Notes under the pieces: generated by a model
What the model was told of the DNA's origin: nothing
The model's input: the letters and a program-made list of their open reading frames with translations, nothing else
Database searches by the model: none
Shown: positions 37,452-47,375 of the stretch, piece after piece
Numbering within the stretch: the stretch's first letter is position 1
How the letters are laid out: each line of letters begins with the position of its first letter
Program-made: the position numbers and the translations under genes
Assembly: GCA_963709325.1 (NCBI GenBank)
Contig: CAVPVV010000003.1
Location: 1,391,110 to 1,455,109, forward strand
Direction: 5' to 3'
Source of the DNA: an uncultured Acidobacteriota bacterium
GTDB taxonomy: Bacteria > Acidobacteriota > Vicinamibacteria > Vicinamibacterales > UBA2999
DNA length: 64,000 nucleotides

Positions 37452-38297
37452 TCAGGCGCCGAGCTGGGTGGCGAGGTCGTTGAAGTCCGTGGTCGAGATA
37501 TCGACGGTACTCGCAGGTTTCAGGTCCGGCTTGCCGGCCGGCCCGAACTCCAGCGGCCGGACGACGAACGCGGTTTTGAGCCCCACTTCCGCGGCCGCAC
37601 GAAGATCGCCGGAGTGTGCCGCCACCATCATCACTTCCGCCAGCTTCAGATCCAGGAAGTCCGCGGCCGACTGGTAGACCTCGCGATCCGGCTTGTAGTG
37701 ATGCGCGAGCTCGGCGCCGAGGATGCAGTCCCACGGCAACCCGCCGAACTTCGCGAGGTTCGTCATCAGCGAGATGTTGCCGTTGGAGAGCGGCGCGATG
37801 ATGAATTTCTTCTTGAGGCGTGTCAGCCCGGCGACCGCGTCTGGCCACGGACGAAGCCGGTGCCAGGCCCGGTTGAGCGTGTCGATCTCCGCTTCGGTCA
37901 GGCCGGTGATACCGAATTGCGCCAGCAGCGGATCGAGGATCATGCGATGCAGGCGATCGAGCGTGGTCCACGGCAGCTCGCCGGTCCGGACGCGGTTCAT
38001 GCTCGGCGCGTAGCCAGCCCGCCAGGCGTCGGCGAACTTCTCCGGGTCCACCTTCAGTCCCTTGCTTCGCGCGAGCGAGGCGACCTCCCCGGCGACGGAG
38101 CCGCGCCAATCGACGACCGTGCCGAACGTATCGAAGACGAGGGCCTTGGGTGACGGCGGCACGGCCCTGGAGGCCGCGTCGCCCTGCGGTGCGCTGGATG
38201 TCATGAGCTCTCCGTTCGCGATGCCGGCACCGACGACCGCCATCGCCCCGGTCTGCAGAAGTGTCCGTCGCGACAGACGTTCGTCGGCTGTTGGCAT
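37452..38297 (-). CDS. HAD-superfamily haloacid dehalogenase type II with a Tat-like leader
   Basis: SRRTLL leader; FDTFGTVVDW, PLSNGN, YKPD and MVAAH motifs. Confidence 0.88.
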   Translation of the reverse strand: MPTADERLSRRTLLQTGAMAVVGAGIANGELMTSSAPQGDAASRAVPPSPKALVFDTFGTVVDWRGSVAGEVASLARSKGLKVDPEKFADAWRAGYAPSMNRVRTGELPWTTLDRLHRMILDPLLAQFGITGLTEAEIDTLNRAWHRLRPWPDAVAGLTRLKKKFIIAPLSNGNISLMTNLAKFGGLPWDCILGAELAHHYKPDREVYQSAADFLDLKLAEVMMVAAHSGDLRAAAEVGLKTAFVVRPLEFGPAGKPDLKPASTVDISTTDFNDLATQLGA

Positions 38298-38306
38298 GTT
38301 CGCGTC

Positions 38307-38856
38307 CTAGCTGCGGCCGCTCACGGCGGCGTTGATTCGGTCGATCTGGTTGATGTGCAGCAGATCGTGGCCTGCATACATCCGGACCATCACGTCGAGT
38401 GTCTGCTCACCGCGTTCGGAATGTACGGCGACCCGCTGGAGATCCTCCGGCGCGGCTGCAGCGAGCACCGTGAGGTTGGCCCGGCGGACGACCGAAAAGA
38501 CGTCGAGGGCCTGGCGTGGATCGGCGTCGGCGTAATGCAGGCGAGAGGCCCAGGCATCCTGGTCGTAGCCGGTGAGCGGAGGGCGGTCCTGGGCGAGCGT
38601 CAGCCGCAGCCGCCAGGCCCAGACGAGCTCGGAATCCGCGAGATGCTGAAGCACCTGAGCGATCGACCACTTCCCAGCGGCCTCGGGGGTTCTGAGAACC
38701 GCGGCAGCGGCGCCGCGTATCGCTTCCTCGAGCCGGCCCGGCGTCGCACCGAGTACCTGCGATCGGATCCTGATCGCCGAGCAGGTCCAGGACGGCGGCG
38801 ACATACTCGCGGATCTCATTCGGGGTCGAGGTCGCGGAGTTGCTGAAGACGGACAT
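38307..38856 (-). CDS. DinB/YfiT family protein (frameshift near 38760)
   Basis: GKWSIAQVLQHLADSE, YDQDAW and GHDLLHINQI motifs. Confidence 0.85.
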
Positions 38857-38857
38857 A

Positions 38858-39325
38858 TCAGGCCTCGGGTGTGAGATTGAGGTGCATGAACACGTTGTTG
38901 CCGGTGTCGAGGTAGCTGCCGAACGCGCCGCAGCGTCGGAATCCGGCGCTCGCGTAGAGCTGGTGCGCGGGCGCGAAGCCGGGATGCGCGCCCGTCTCGA
39001 GAAACAGGTCGTGATAGCCGCGCTCGCGAGCCACGCCGATGATGTGCTCGAGGATGGCGCGGCCGGCGCCGCGCCGGCGCAGCGTCGCCGGCGTTCGCAT
39101 CGACTTGATCTCGCCTGCGGTGGCGCTCAGTTCCTTGAGTGCGCCGCAGCCAAGCAGCTGATCGCCGTCCCAGACGGTCCACATCGTGACGCCGGGCGCA
39201 CGGAGCTTATCCGCGTTGAAGGCGAACACCTGTTCCGGCGGCGTCAGCTCGTGCATGTTGCGCAGGTGCTCCTCGAGCAGCGCCAGCACCTCCGGCCTGC
39301 TCACATCGTCCAGTTCGATACGCAT
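38858..39325 (-). CDS. GNAT family N-acetyltransferase
   Basis: GCGALKEL, GEIKSMRT, RRRGAG, LETG and LYASAGF motifs. Confidence 0.9.
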   Translation of the reverse strand: MRIELDDVSRPEVLALLEEHLRNMHELTPPEQVFAFNADKLRAPGVTMWTVWDGDQLLGCGALKELSATAGEIKSMRTPATLRRRGAGRAILEHIIGVARERGYHDLFLETGAHPGFAPAHQLYASAGFRRCGAFGSYLDTGNNVFMHLNLTPEA

Positions 39326-41181
39326 CACTGTCCCGGCACGACGTCTACCTCTACCCGCGAGGCGTGCTGCGGCTCGTGGTAGATGCGGTGCGTCTGGGCG
39401 CGGTAATCCTCCGGCTTGGCAAGGAAGATGTTCGGCACGTAGGTCTGCGGGTTGCGATCGTAGAGCGGGAACCACGTGCTCTGGATCTGCACCATCATCC
39501 GGTGGCCAGGCAGGAACCGGTACGCCTGCTGATGCAGGTCCACCGTGTAGTCCAGCACCGCTCCCGCGGAGATGGGCTCCGGCTTCTCGAAACTCTGTCG
39601 ATATCGCCCGCGCATGATCTCGCTCGACACCATCAGCTCGTATCCGCCCATCTTCTCGTCGTCTTTGACGCGGTCGGGATAGACGTCGATCAGCTTGACG
39701 ACCCAGTCGGCGTCGGTGCCGGTCGTCGCGGCGAAGAGCCGCGCGACGACGTTCCCGCCGATGACGACGTCCTGCTCGAGCGGCGCGGACGTCCAGCTGA
39801 CGACGTCCGGGCGGTTGTCCACGAAACGCTGATCCTCGACCAGCCACGTGTACCAGTCGGAGCCGGAGGGATAGTAGGTCGGCTGAATCGGGCGAGGCCG
39901 ATACGGGATAGGGTGAGCCGGGTCCGACACGTAGCTCGTGAACGCCGTGTCCGTCGCCGGAGGCTCGAACGACAGCGCGCCGCCCGCGTGAAGGTAGAGC
40001 GACCGTCGCGTCGCCGTGCGAGGAGGCCATGCCTCGTACGAGCGCCACGTGTTCGAACCGGACTCGAAGACCGTAGCCTCCGCCAGCGGCATCGGGCTTC
40101 GGTCCTTGAGGTAATAGGCAAAGAACGGCGCCTGGATCTGCTCGCGGAAGTACGGACCGGTGGCGCTCTTGAAGTCGATCTTGCCGAGCCGGCTGGCATC
40201 GCCGGCTGCCCACTGACCGTGGTTCCAGGGTCCGACGGCGATCCGATTCAGGTTTCGCGTGTCGTTCTTCTCCAGCGCGGCGTAGATGGCCAGGGGTCCG
40301 AAGAAGTCCTCCTGGTCCCACCACCCGCCCACGGTCAGCGTCGCGACGTTCGGGGTCGTCCACACCTTCTGCACGGCCTTGGTCTGCCAGAACTGGTCGT
40401 AGGCCGGGTGCTCCACGAAGGCGCGCCATGAGGGCACGACCGGCCCGAAGCGGGCGGTGATGGCGCCGAGCGTGCCCTGGCGCAGGTACCAGTCGTACAT
40501 GTCGTAGACGCCGACGTCGAACGTGGCGCCGGCCTTGTCGGACTCGACCTCGTAGCTGTACTCGAGCCCATAACTCAGCCGGAACGCGCCCTGGTGGAAG
40601 AAGTCATCGCCCATCCAGGTGTCGGTCATCGGCGCCTGCGGCGACACGGCTTTCACCGCGGGGTGGCCGCTCATCCCGACCATCTCGGTCAGCCAGCCTG
40701 GGTAGGACACACCCATCGCGCCGACGCGCCCGTTGTTGCCGCTCACGTTCCGGAGCAGCCACTCGACGGTGTCGTAGGCGTCGGTCGTTTCGTCGATGCC
40801 GGTGCCGCCGGTCGAAGGCCGGTTCATCACGAACTGGCCTTCGGAGCGATGCAGGCCTCGCACGTCCTGGAACACGAAGATGTAGCCGTCGTCGGCCAGC
40901 GCCTTGACGTACTCGGTCGGGAACGGCTTGCCCACGTCCGCGCTCGCGTCGTACGGCGTCCGCAGCAGCATCAGCGGGAGCGGCGCGGGCGCGCCTTTCG
41001 GCGCCATGATGATCGTGAACAGCTTCGTGCCGTCCCGCATCGGGATCATCTCGTCGCGGCGGGCGTAGTCGAGGGCGCCGACCTGCTGCACGACAGGTGC
41101 CGGCGCGCCGAAGCCGGTCGCGACCGCGACGTTGCCGGCGAGCAGGAGCAGGAGGAACGAGGGGCTGATGCGTCTCTTCAT
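39325..41181 (-). CDS. Secreted CocE/NonD family serine hydrolase (alpha-amino-acid ester hydrolase-like)
   Basis: IPMRDG, RTPY, QDVRG, GVSYPG nucleophile motif and WFPLYDRNPQ. Confidence 0.92.
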   Translation of the reverse strand: MKRRISPSFLLLLLAGNVAVATGFGAPAPVVQQVGALDYARRDEMIPMRDGTKLFTIIMAPKGAPAPLPLMLLRTPYDASADVGKPFPTEYVKALADDGYIFVFQDVRGLHRSEGQFVMNRPSTGGTGIDETTDAYDTVEWLLRNVSGNNGRVGAMGVSYPGWLTEMVGMSGHPAVKAVSPQAPMTDTWMGDDFFHQGAFRLSYGLEYSYEVESDKAGATFDVGVYDMYDWYLRQGTLGAITARFGPVVPSWRAFVEHPAYDQFWQTKAVQKVWTTPNVATLTVGGWWDQEDFFGPLAIYAALEKNDTRNLNRIAVGPWNHGQWAAGDASRLGKIDFKSATGPYFREQIQAPFFAYYLKDRSPMPLAEATVFESGSNTWRSYEAWPPRTATRRSLYLHAGGALSFEPPATDTAFTSYVSDPAHPIPYRPRPIQPTYYPSGSDWYTWLVEDQRFVDNRPDVVSWTSAPLEQDVVIGGNVVARLFAATTGTDADWVVKLIDVYPDRVKDDEKMGGYELMVSSEIMRGRYRQSFEKPEPISAGAVLDYTVDLHQQAYRFLPGHRMMVQIQSTWFPLYDRNPQTYVPNIFLAKPEDYRAQTHRIYHEPQHASRVEVDVVPGQ

Positions 41182-41205
41182 CGCGTGCGTTCGCAAAAGG
41201 ATGCT

Positions 41206-41745
41206 TCAGAACTTCTGGTGATTCGCGCCGCAGAGAAAGAACGCGATGGTGGCCGGAACCGAACCCTCGTTCCGCCAGCGATGGCGCGTGCCGTTCTGCA
41301 CGACGGAGTCGCCGGCTCGAAGCGTGACGGTCTTTCCTTCGTCCAGCTCCATGACGATCTCGCCCGAGATCACGACGTCGATGTCGACGGTCGGCGTCGT
41401 GTGCATGCCGGGGTTGTCGGGCTCCATGTATTGCGCGAGCCCAGGGAGCTTCGCCTCGAACTCCGCGAGAACGGCCGGCATGTCGCGCTGGGGAGGAGGC
41501 TCTCCAGGCGCCGCCGGCGGCAGCGTGAAGAACCCGAAACGGAAGCCGCCGACCGGAGGAAAGTAGCTCAGGGCGGCTGGCATCGCGCCGGAGCCTGGAA
41601 ACGTCAGGGTTCGGTCCGCGCCCCAGACGCGGTGGAACTCGATGCCAGGAAGCGCTGAAATGCTGATCGCCTTCACGCGCTCGTCCGCCACGATGATCGA
41701 ACGGCCGCGCTCATCGTGCCCGGTCACGACTCGCCGTGCTTCCAT
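41206..41745 (-). CDS. Cupin domain protein
   Basis: RRVVTGHD, MHTTPTVD and GDSVVQNGTRHRWRN motifs; SD AAGGAG. Confidence 0.85.
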   Translation of the reverse strand: MEARRVVTGHDERGRSIIVADERVKAISISALPGIEFHRVWGADRTLTFPGSGAMPAALSYFPPVGGFRFGFFTLPPAAPGEPPPQRDMPAVLAEFEAKLPGLAQYMEPDNPGMHTTPTVDIDVVISGEIVMELDEGKTVTLRAGDSVVQNGTRHRWRNEGSVPATIAFFLCGANHQKF

Positions 41746-41831
41746 ACAACGTTCTCCTTGTGATGCTCCGCCAGACCATCGAACCGGCTTCCACGCGCGC
41801 GAACGCCCGAAGTCGGCATAATGGGCGCGCC

Positions 41832-43821
41832 GTGGTCCCCCGCCGCATCCAACTACTCGCCTTCGCCTGTCTCGCCGTGACGGCAATGGGCACGCGCGCC
41901 CAGGAACCCGGGGCGCCCGCCGGCCTTGCCGCCATCGCGGCGTTCGATCGCTACCCGCTGATCGATGACGAAGCCCAGATGCTATACCTGTCCAGCTACG
42001 ACCGGACAGGGGGTAACGACGACGGGTTCAAGGGAACGTATTCGGCGCTGACGGTGGACGCGCGGGGCGAGCACGTCATCTTCGACGCGCGCGGCCCCGG
42101 CTGCGTCTACACGCTGTGGTTCACCAGCCGGGTGGACGGCTGGAGCGGGCTTGACTGGGGCCGGCTGCGGCTCTACTTCGATGACGAAGAGGCGCCACGC
42201 CTGGACATCGAGGCCGACGAGTTGTTCGCCGGCACGCACCCGCCGTTCGTTGCGCCGTTCGTCTACGGGCCGTTCACCTCCACCGGCGGCCACGTCCTGC
42301 AGCTGCCGCTGCCCTTCGCGAAACGGCTCCGTATCACGACCGAGCGACGTGCCGGCTTCTATAACCTCGCGTACCAGCTGTTCGCAGCCGACCGGGTCGT
42401 CACGTCCTGGACCGGCCGCGAGGATGCGTCGACCGTTGCGCGCATGTGGGCGCAGCCCGGCACGCGGCCGCAGGTCTACTCCTCGACCACCCGTCGAGCC
42501 GGCACCGTCGACCTGCCCGCGCCGCTGATGCCCGACGGCAACATGACTCCGCAACGAGCGACCCTGGCGACCATCGACGGTCCGGCCGTCATCACCGCGC
42601 TGACGATCCAGCCGCTGTTCCCGTTGACGCCGTATCAGCTGAACCATCTCTGGCTGCGCGCGTACTGGGACAGTGAGACGACGCCCTCAATAGACGCGCC
42701 GCTCGGCAGCTTCTTCGGTTCCGGCCTCGGTGAAGCTGACGTGCGCGCCATTCCGCTCGGCATGAGCCCGTCTGGGCGCTACTACTGCTTCCTGCCGATG
42801 CCGTTCTGGACGTCCGCGCGCATCGAGATCGTCAACGAGACGCCTGGGACCGTTTCCGAAGCTGCACTGGGAAATCGAGACGACGCCGCCGGCCGACATG
42901 GGTTATGCGCGCGAGCGGCTGGGGCTCTTCAAGGCGCATTACCGTCACGAGTGGCCGACCACGGCGGGACAGGACTACACGATTCTCGAGACCAGCGGGC
43001 GCGGCACCTACGTCGGCCAGGTGATGACGGTGGAGCCGCTCCGGCCAGAAGTGAAACGTTGGTGGGAGGGCGACCTGCGGATGTACCTGGACGGGCGTCG
43101 TCATCCGGCCCTGCAGGGCACCGGCCACGAGGACGAGTATCTCGGTGGCTGGTCCAACGAGTGGCTGATGAACCCGTACACGCTGCCGATGCACGGCGAG
43201 CCGAAGACGGCGAACCTCACGCAGGTGGATTTCCAGTGGAGTGCGGCGACAACGGTGTACCGGTTTTTTCCGGCCGGCATCCCTTACCAGTCGCAACTCG
43301 TGGTCTCGACCGAGCACGGTGTGGACAACGGCGTGCCGGCGATGTACTCGAGCGTCGCCTATTACTACGAACGGGCGGACGGCATGACGCTGGCCGACAC
43401 GCTCGACGTCGGCGAAACGGCTGACGAGACCGCGCACCTCTACACTGCAACACCTGCAGCGGCCGTCCGATCGCTCACGTCGAGGTTCGAGGCGCGGCAC
43501 GGGGCGTCGGAGACGACCGATCGCGGCCGTGACGTCACAGGCCGGTCGCGCTTCACGCTCACCGCTCCTGCCAGTCACGGTGTGCTGCGGCTGCGCCGGC
43601 TCTACGATCAGGCCACCGCGCAGGACGCGGAAGTGTTCGTCAACGGCCAATCAGCGGGGCGTTGGTATACGGCGGCCACGAACTCGACGCGGCGCTGGGC
43701 CGACAGCGATTTCATCCTGCCAACGGTCCTGACGCGCGGGCGAACCGCGATCGAGGTCGAGATCCGCGCGATCGGCGCTGCGTGGACGGAATTCCGCTAC
43801 GAGCTGTGGGCGGGTCGGTAG
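41832..43821 (+). CDS. Secreted DUF2961/GH172-like glycoside hydrolase (frameshift near 42860)
   Basis: SSYDRTGGNDDG, GPGCV..LW, IDAPLGSFFG, PMPF, WWEGD and GTGHEDEYLGGW motifs. Confidence 0.82.
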
Positions 43822-43945
43822 AGATGGCAACTATTCACGCCGGGCATGACCGCGCCTGCGCATCGTCATTCAGGCCCCCAGAGGCACCAGATTTCGTCGC
43901 GTGGAGCCTGCCTGGCCCCCGGCCGCGGTCAACAGCCGCGAGGGC

Positions 43946-44440
43946 CTACTTCTTGTCGTAGACCGCGACCGTGTTGATCTTCTGGCCCTGCGCGTTCACG
44001 CCGGTGGTCGTGACCGTCCGGGTCTTGCCGTCCAGGGACACGGCGCTCGTCGCAGTCTGGACGACCTTGCCGCCCTTCTTTCGCGTGAACTCGATCGTGT
44101 GGCTGTCCACGCGCCTCGCCGTGACGGCATCCCAGTCGGGATTCCCCGTCGCCGGATGGTCCTTGCCGTCGAACATCACGCTGAAGTCGGCCATCGTCGG
44201 CTTGCCATCGGCGCCCGTCCCCTTGGTCGAGACCTTGATTCCCTCTCCTGCGGCGGCGTACACCGATGTTTGTTCCTTCGGCGGCGGGCCCGGTGTGTAC
44301 TTCGACTTCGCCACGTTGAGGACCCACGTCCCGATGTGAGGATCCCCCTGCGCGGAGGCGATCTCGGGACGAACGGCCGCAAACATGCCTAGCAGAGCCA
44401 CGAAACCCGCGACGCCAACGACGAGCCTGGTCTGTCTCAT
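43946..44440 (-). CDS. Secreted hypothetical beta-rich protein
   Basis: Signal peptide; GTWVLNVAKSK, FDGKDHP and VSLDGKT...VYDK. Confidence 0.72.
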   Translation of the reverse strand: MRQTRLVVGVAGFVALLGMFAAVRPEIASAQGDPHIGTWVLNVAKSKYTPGPPPKEQTSVYAAAGEGIKVSTKGTGADGKPTMADFSVMFDGKDHPATGNPDWDAVTARRVDSHTIEFTRKKGGKVVQTATSAVSLDGKTRTVTTTGVNAQGQKINTVAVYDKK

Positions 44441-44585
44441 GGTGCGCTCCCACTTCAGGTGCGGTGTTGACGGCGGCCGGCGCCGTTCGAGTCAGCGCGG
44501 CGATTGTGCGGCGTGCCCGATGGCCCGCGCGTCGGAGCATGCCCCACCCCAGTGGATCGTAGCAACCGAAATTCCACCTTCTGCC

Positions 44586-47375
44586 TTATCCGCGCCGCGC
44601 TGGCGCCGCGGTGAGCCGCACCTCAAGTTTCTCGCCCGCACCAAGCGTCGCCGGCTCCTCGAAGCTCACCCCACCCCCGGTCCGCCGCCGTGCCACAATC
44701 GACCGGCCCCCCACGGTAGCGGCGACCGTTGCCGTCTCCGGCAGATCGAGCTGCAACCCGAGCTCGGCCAGCGACAGCGTGCCGCCAACGAGCTCCAGCG
44801 ACGCGAGCGCCTCGCCGGGCGACACCCTTTGGCGGAACGTGCCCCACCCACTCCCGGTCGTGAACAGGCAGCGGAAGTTCGTCGCGTTGATGCGCGGCGC
44901 GAACGCCAGCCGCCGCTCCGGCGCCGAGTAGTGGTAGCCCGACAGGGCGGTGAGCAGCGACCAGCTGGCGAGCGCCCGCGCGTAGTGATTGCCGCACTCC
45001 ACTTCGTTCCACGGGTTCCGCCGCTCGCCGTCGTAGCGATCGCGCACCGCCTTGGTGACCGCCAGCCCCTCCATCACCAGGCCTTCGTAGATGAGATGTG
45101 CCGCCACCTGGTACTCGATGCCGGTCCACACTTCGTCCGAGTAGACGAAGGGAAGCGCCGGCCGCTGCCCTTTCGGCCAGCTGCAGAGCAGCAGTCCCTT
45201 CTCGTCGTTGAGCGCGTAGATGCGCTGCGCGTTCGTGTGCTCGGCGAAGCTGTGCTTGAAATTGTGGCGGTAGATCGAGCTGAGCGTCTCGCGCACGTGC
45301 TCCGGCGGCAGCAGATACCCGAGGCCGACCACCGCGGCAAACCACTGCCCGAGCAGCTGGTCGGACAGGCAGCCGTCGCCGTACTGATACTTGACGCCGC
45401 CCTGCTCGATCGCCGACGCGTGCCAGGCCTCCTGGTTGGCGACGTCGAGCGTCTTGATGTCCTTCACGTCGGGCACGCGCTGCACGTAGAAGCCGTCGGC
45501 CCAGAGATCGCGATCGAACTTCTGCCGGCCGCTCTCGAACAGCGAGCGGTACGTGTCGGCGGCGGCGCCGTCGTCCGCCGCCCGCGCCATCCGCTCGCCG
45601 GCGAGGAGCGCGCCGAGATAGAGCGTGCCCATCATCGAGTTGGCGCCGTAGAACTCGATGTCATAGGTGTTGTGCTGCTCACCCTCCATCACCCCGTCGC
45701 GGTCGGCATCCCAGTACGTCCACGCGTACTCGAGCGTCTTCTTCGCGGCGGGCCACATGGTCCGCAGGAACGCCTCGTCGCCCGACAGCTGCCACTCGCG
45801 GTACAGCTTCATCACGCAGCCCATCTGTCCGTCGGCGGCCGGCTTGAACTTCCACCGCGCACGCCCCGTCGGCACGAGCGTCCGGAACGCCATCGCGCCA
45901 TCGTCCTGCAGGTTGATCGTGAAGTCGGTGACCCGCATCGACCGCTCGAGCTCGGGGAACAGGTGGGCCAGCGCCTGCTCGTAGTTCCACACATGCGTGC
46001 AGTTCATCGGGCAGCAGCCGGAATCGTCGTTGTTGCCCTCGAAGGCGAAGAACTGTCGTCCCTCGAGCAGCAGGCAGGTATTGGTGCGGATGATCGACAT
46101 CTGGCTCGACACGGCGTCGATCGCGGCCGCAGGGAGCGAGGAGTTCATGAGGCTTTGCTGGAACGCACGCGTGCCCGCTTCGAGGCGGGGGAGGTTGCGT
46201 GCGGTATGGACAGCCACCTCCCAGGCGTCCTTGAAGAGGCTGCCGTAGTGGTTGCGCAGCTTGCGTCCCTTCACCTCGGCTTCGCGGTTCCAGTAGTTTT
46301 CGCGGAGCGGGAAGTGCCAGCTGAGGATGAAATCGACCGCGCGGCTCTCACCCGGCGCGAGCTGGAGGCGTGGGGCAAGCGTGGCGTAGTCGGAGCGGCC
46401 GTCCGGCGTCGGTTCGGAGGTGTGCGAGTCCGCCACCCGCCCGTTCTGGCCGTACTCATCCACCCACTTCTGAAACGAGTCCCACCACTGTCCCCCTTCC
46501 CACGCGGTGCGGGCCGAGACGTCGGGCGCGGTGGTGACAAGCGCCATCGAGCCCGCCCTGATGTCGTCGCTCTCGTACTTGTCGGAGCGAAGGTCGAGCC
46601 CGACCAGCCGCGGCTCGCGGCGAAGGCTGGTGAGGTTCCGGCCGAATCCCGCGAACTCGTGATCGTTCAGGACGCTGCGGCCGTCGTAGCCAATCGGGTT
46701 GAGGATCGAGAACGCCAGGGCCACGTCGGATGGCACAGCCGCGCGGTTGGTGACGCGGTAGCGGAGGATGGCGACCGGCAGTGCCGAGTCGTCGACCTGG
46801 AGCGGCAGGAAGGGATTGAATGCCTCGAGCGTCACGTTCACCGGCAGGCTGTCGTCCTCGAACGCAATCTCGGCGAACGGATAGGCTCCGGAGAAGGTGG
46901 CGCCGGCGAACCGGGGCAGCCCGCCCGCCCCTCCGCGCGGCACGCCGTCGCCGCCGCGGAACGGAGGCCTGAGCGGCGCCTCGACCACCTTGACGACGGG
47001 GTCGCCGTTGGCGCGACGCGTCCAGATGGCGACGAACGTAAACGGCAGCGACTTGTTCTTGTTGGGGCGGTTGAAGATTTCCCAGTCGCGGAACTGCCCA
47101 CGTCCACCCAGCGACACCGTGCCGGTGCCGATGCCGCCCAGCGGGAAGGCAATCTCGCCGAGCTGCGCGCCGGTGAAGCGGCGGGCGGTGGCGCTGGCCA
47201 GTAGCTCGGCCTGCGCAAACGGGATCGTCGATCCGTTCGGGGAAGTGAAGGTTCCCCCGCCTGGTGGACCCTGCGTCCTCCGCTGGGCTGCCGCCCGCAG
47301 GCTGGCCGCGCTGATGATTCCGCCCGACGTACTGACAATGAACGAGCGGCGATCGACGGTGTTCTCTTCGCTCAT
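44586..47375 (-). CDS. GH116 family glycoside hydrolase with Tat signal
   Basis: DRRSFI leader; PLGGIGTG, FEG...CC..NCTHVWNY, AADGQMG, HNTYDIEF, DQLLGQW, EVWTGIEY and RNPWNEVECGNHYAR motifs. Confidence 0.9.
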   Translation of the reverse strand: MSEENTVDRRSFIVSTSGGIISAASLRAAAQRRTQGPPGGGTFTSPNGSTIPFAQAELLASATARRFTGAQLGEIAFPLGGIGTGTVSLGGRGQFRDWEIFNRPNKNKSLPFTFVAIWTRRANGDPVVKVVEAPLRPPFRGGDGVPRGGAGGLPRFAGATFSGAYPFAEIAFEDDSLPVNVTLEAFNPFLPLQVDDSALPVAILRYRVTNRAAVPSDVALAFSILNPIGYDGRSVLNDHEFAGFGRNLTSLRREPRLVGLDLRSDKYESDDIRAGSMALVTTAPDVSARTAWEGGQWWDSFQKWVDEYGQNGRVADSHTSEPTPDGRSDYATLAPRLQLAPGESRAVDFILSWHFPLRENYWNREAEVKGRKLRNHYGSLFKDAWEVAVHTARNLPRLEAGTRAFQQSLMNSSLPAAAIDAVSSQMSIIRTNTCLLLEGRQFFAFEGNNDDSGCCPMNCTHVWNYEQALAHLFPELERSMRVTDFTINLQDDGAMAFRTLVPTGRARWKFKPAADGQMGCVMKLYREWQLSGDEAFLRTMWPAAKKTLEYAWTYWDADRDGVMEGEQHNTYDIEFYGANSMMGTLYLGALLAGERMARAADDGAAADTYRSLFESGRQKFDRDLWADGFYVQRVPDVKDIKTLDVANQEAWHASAIEQGGVKYQYGDGCLSDQLLGQWFAAVVGLGYLLPPEHVRETLSSIYRHNFKHSFAEHTNAQRIYALNDEKGLLLCSWPKGQRPALPFVYSDEVWTGIEYQVAAHLIYEGLVMEGLAVTKAVRDRYDGERRNPWNEVECGNHYARALASWSLLTALSGYHYSAPERRLAFAPRINATNFRCLFTTGSGWGTFRQRVSPGEALASLELVGGTLSLAELGLQLDLPETATVAATVGGRSIVARRRTGGGVSFEEPATLGAGEKLEVRLTAAPARRG

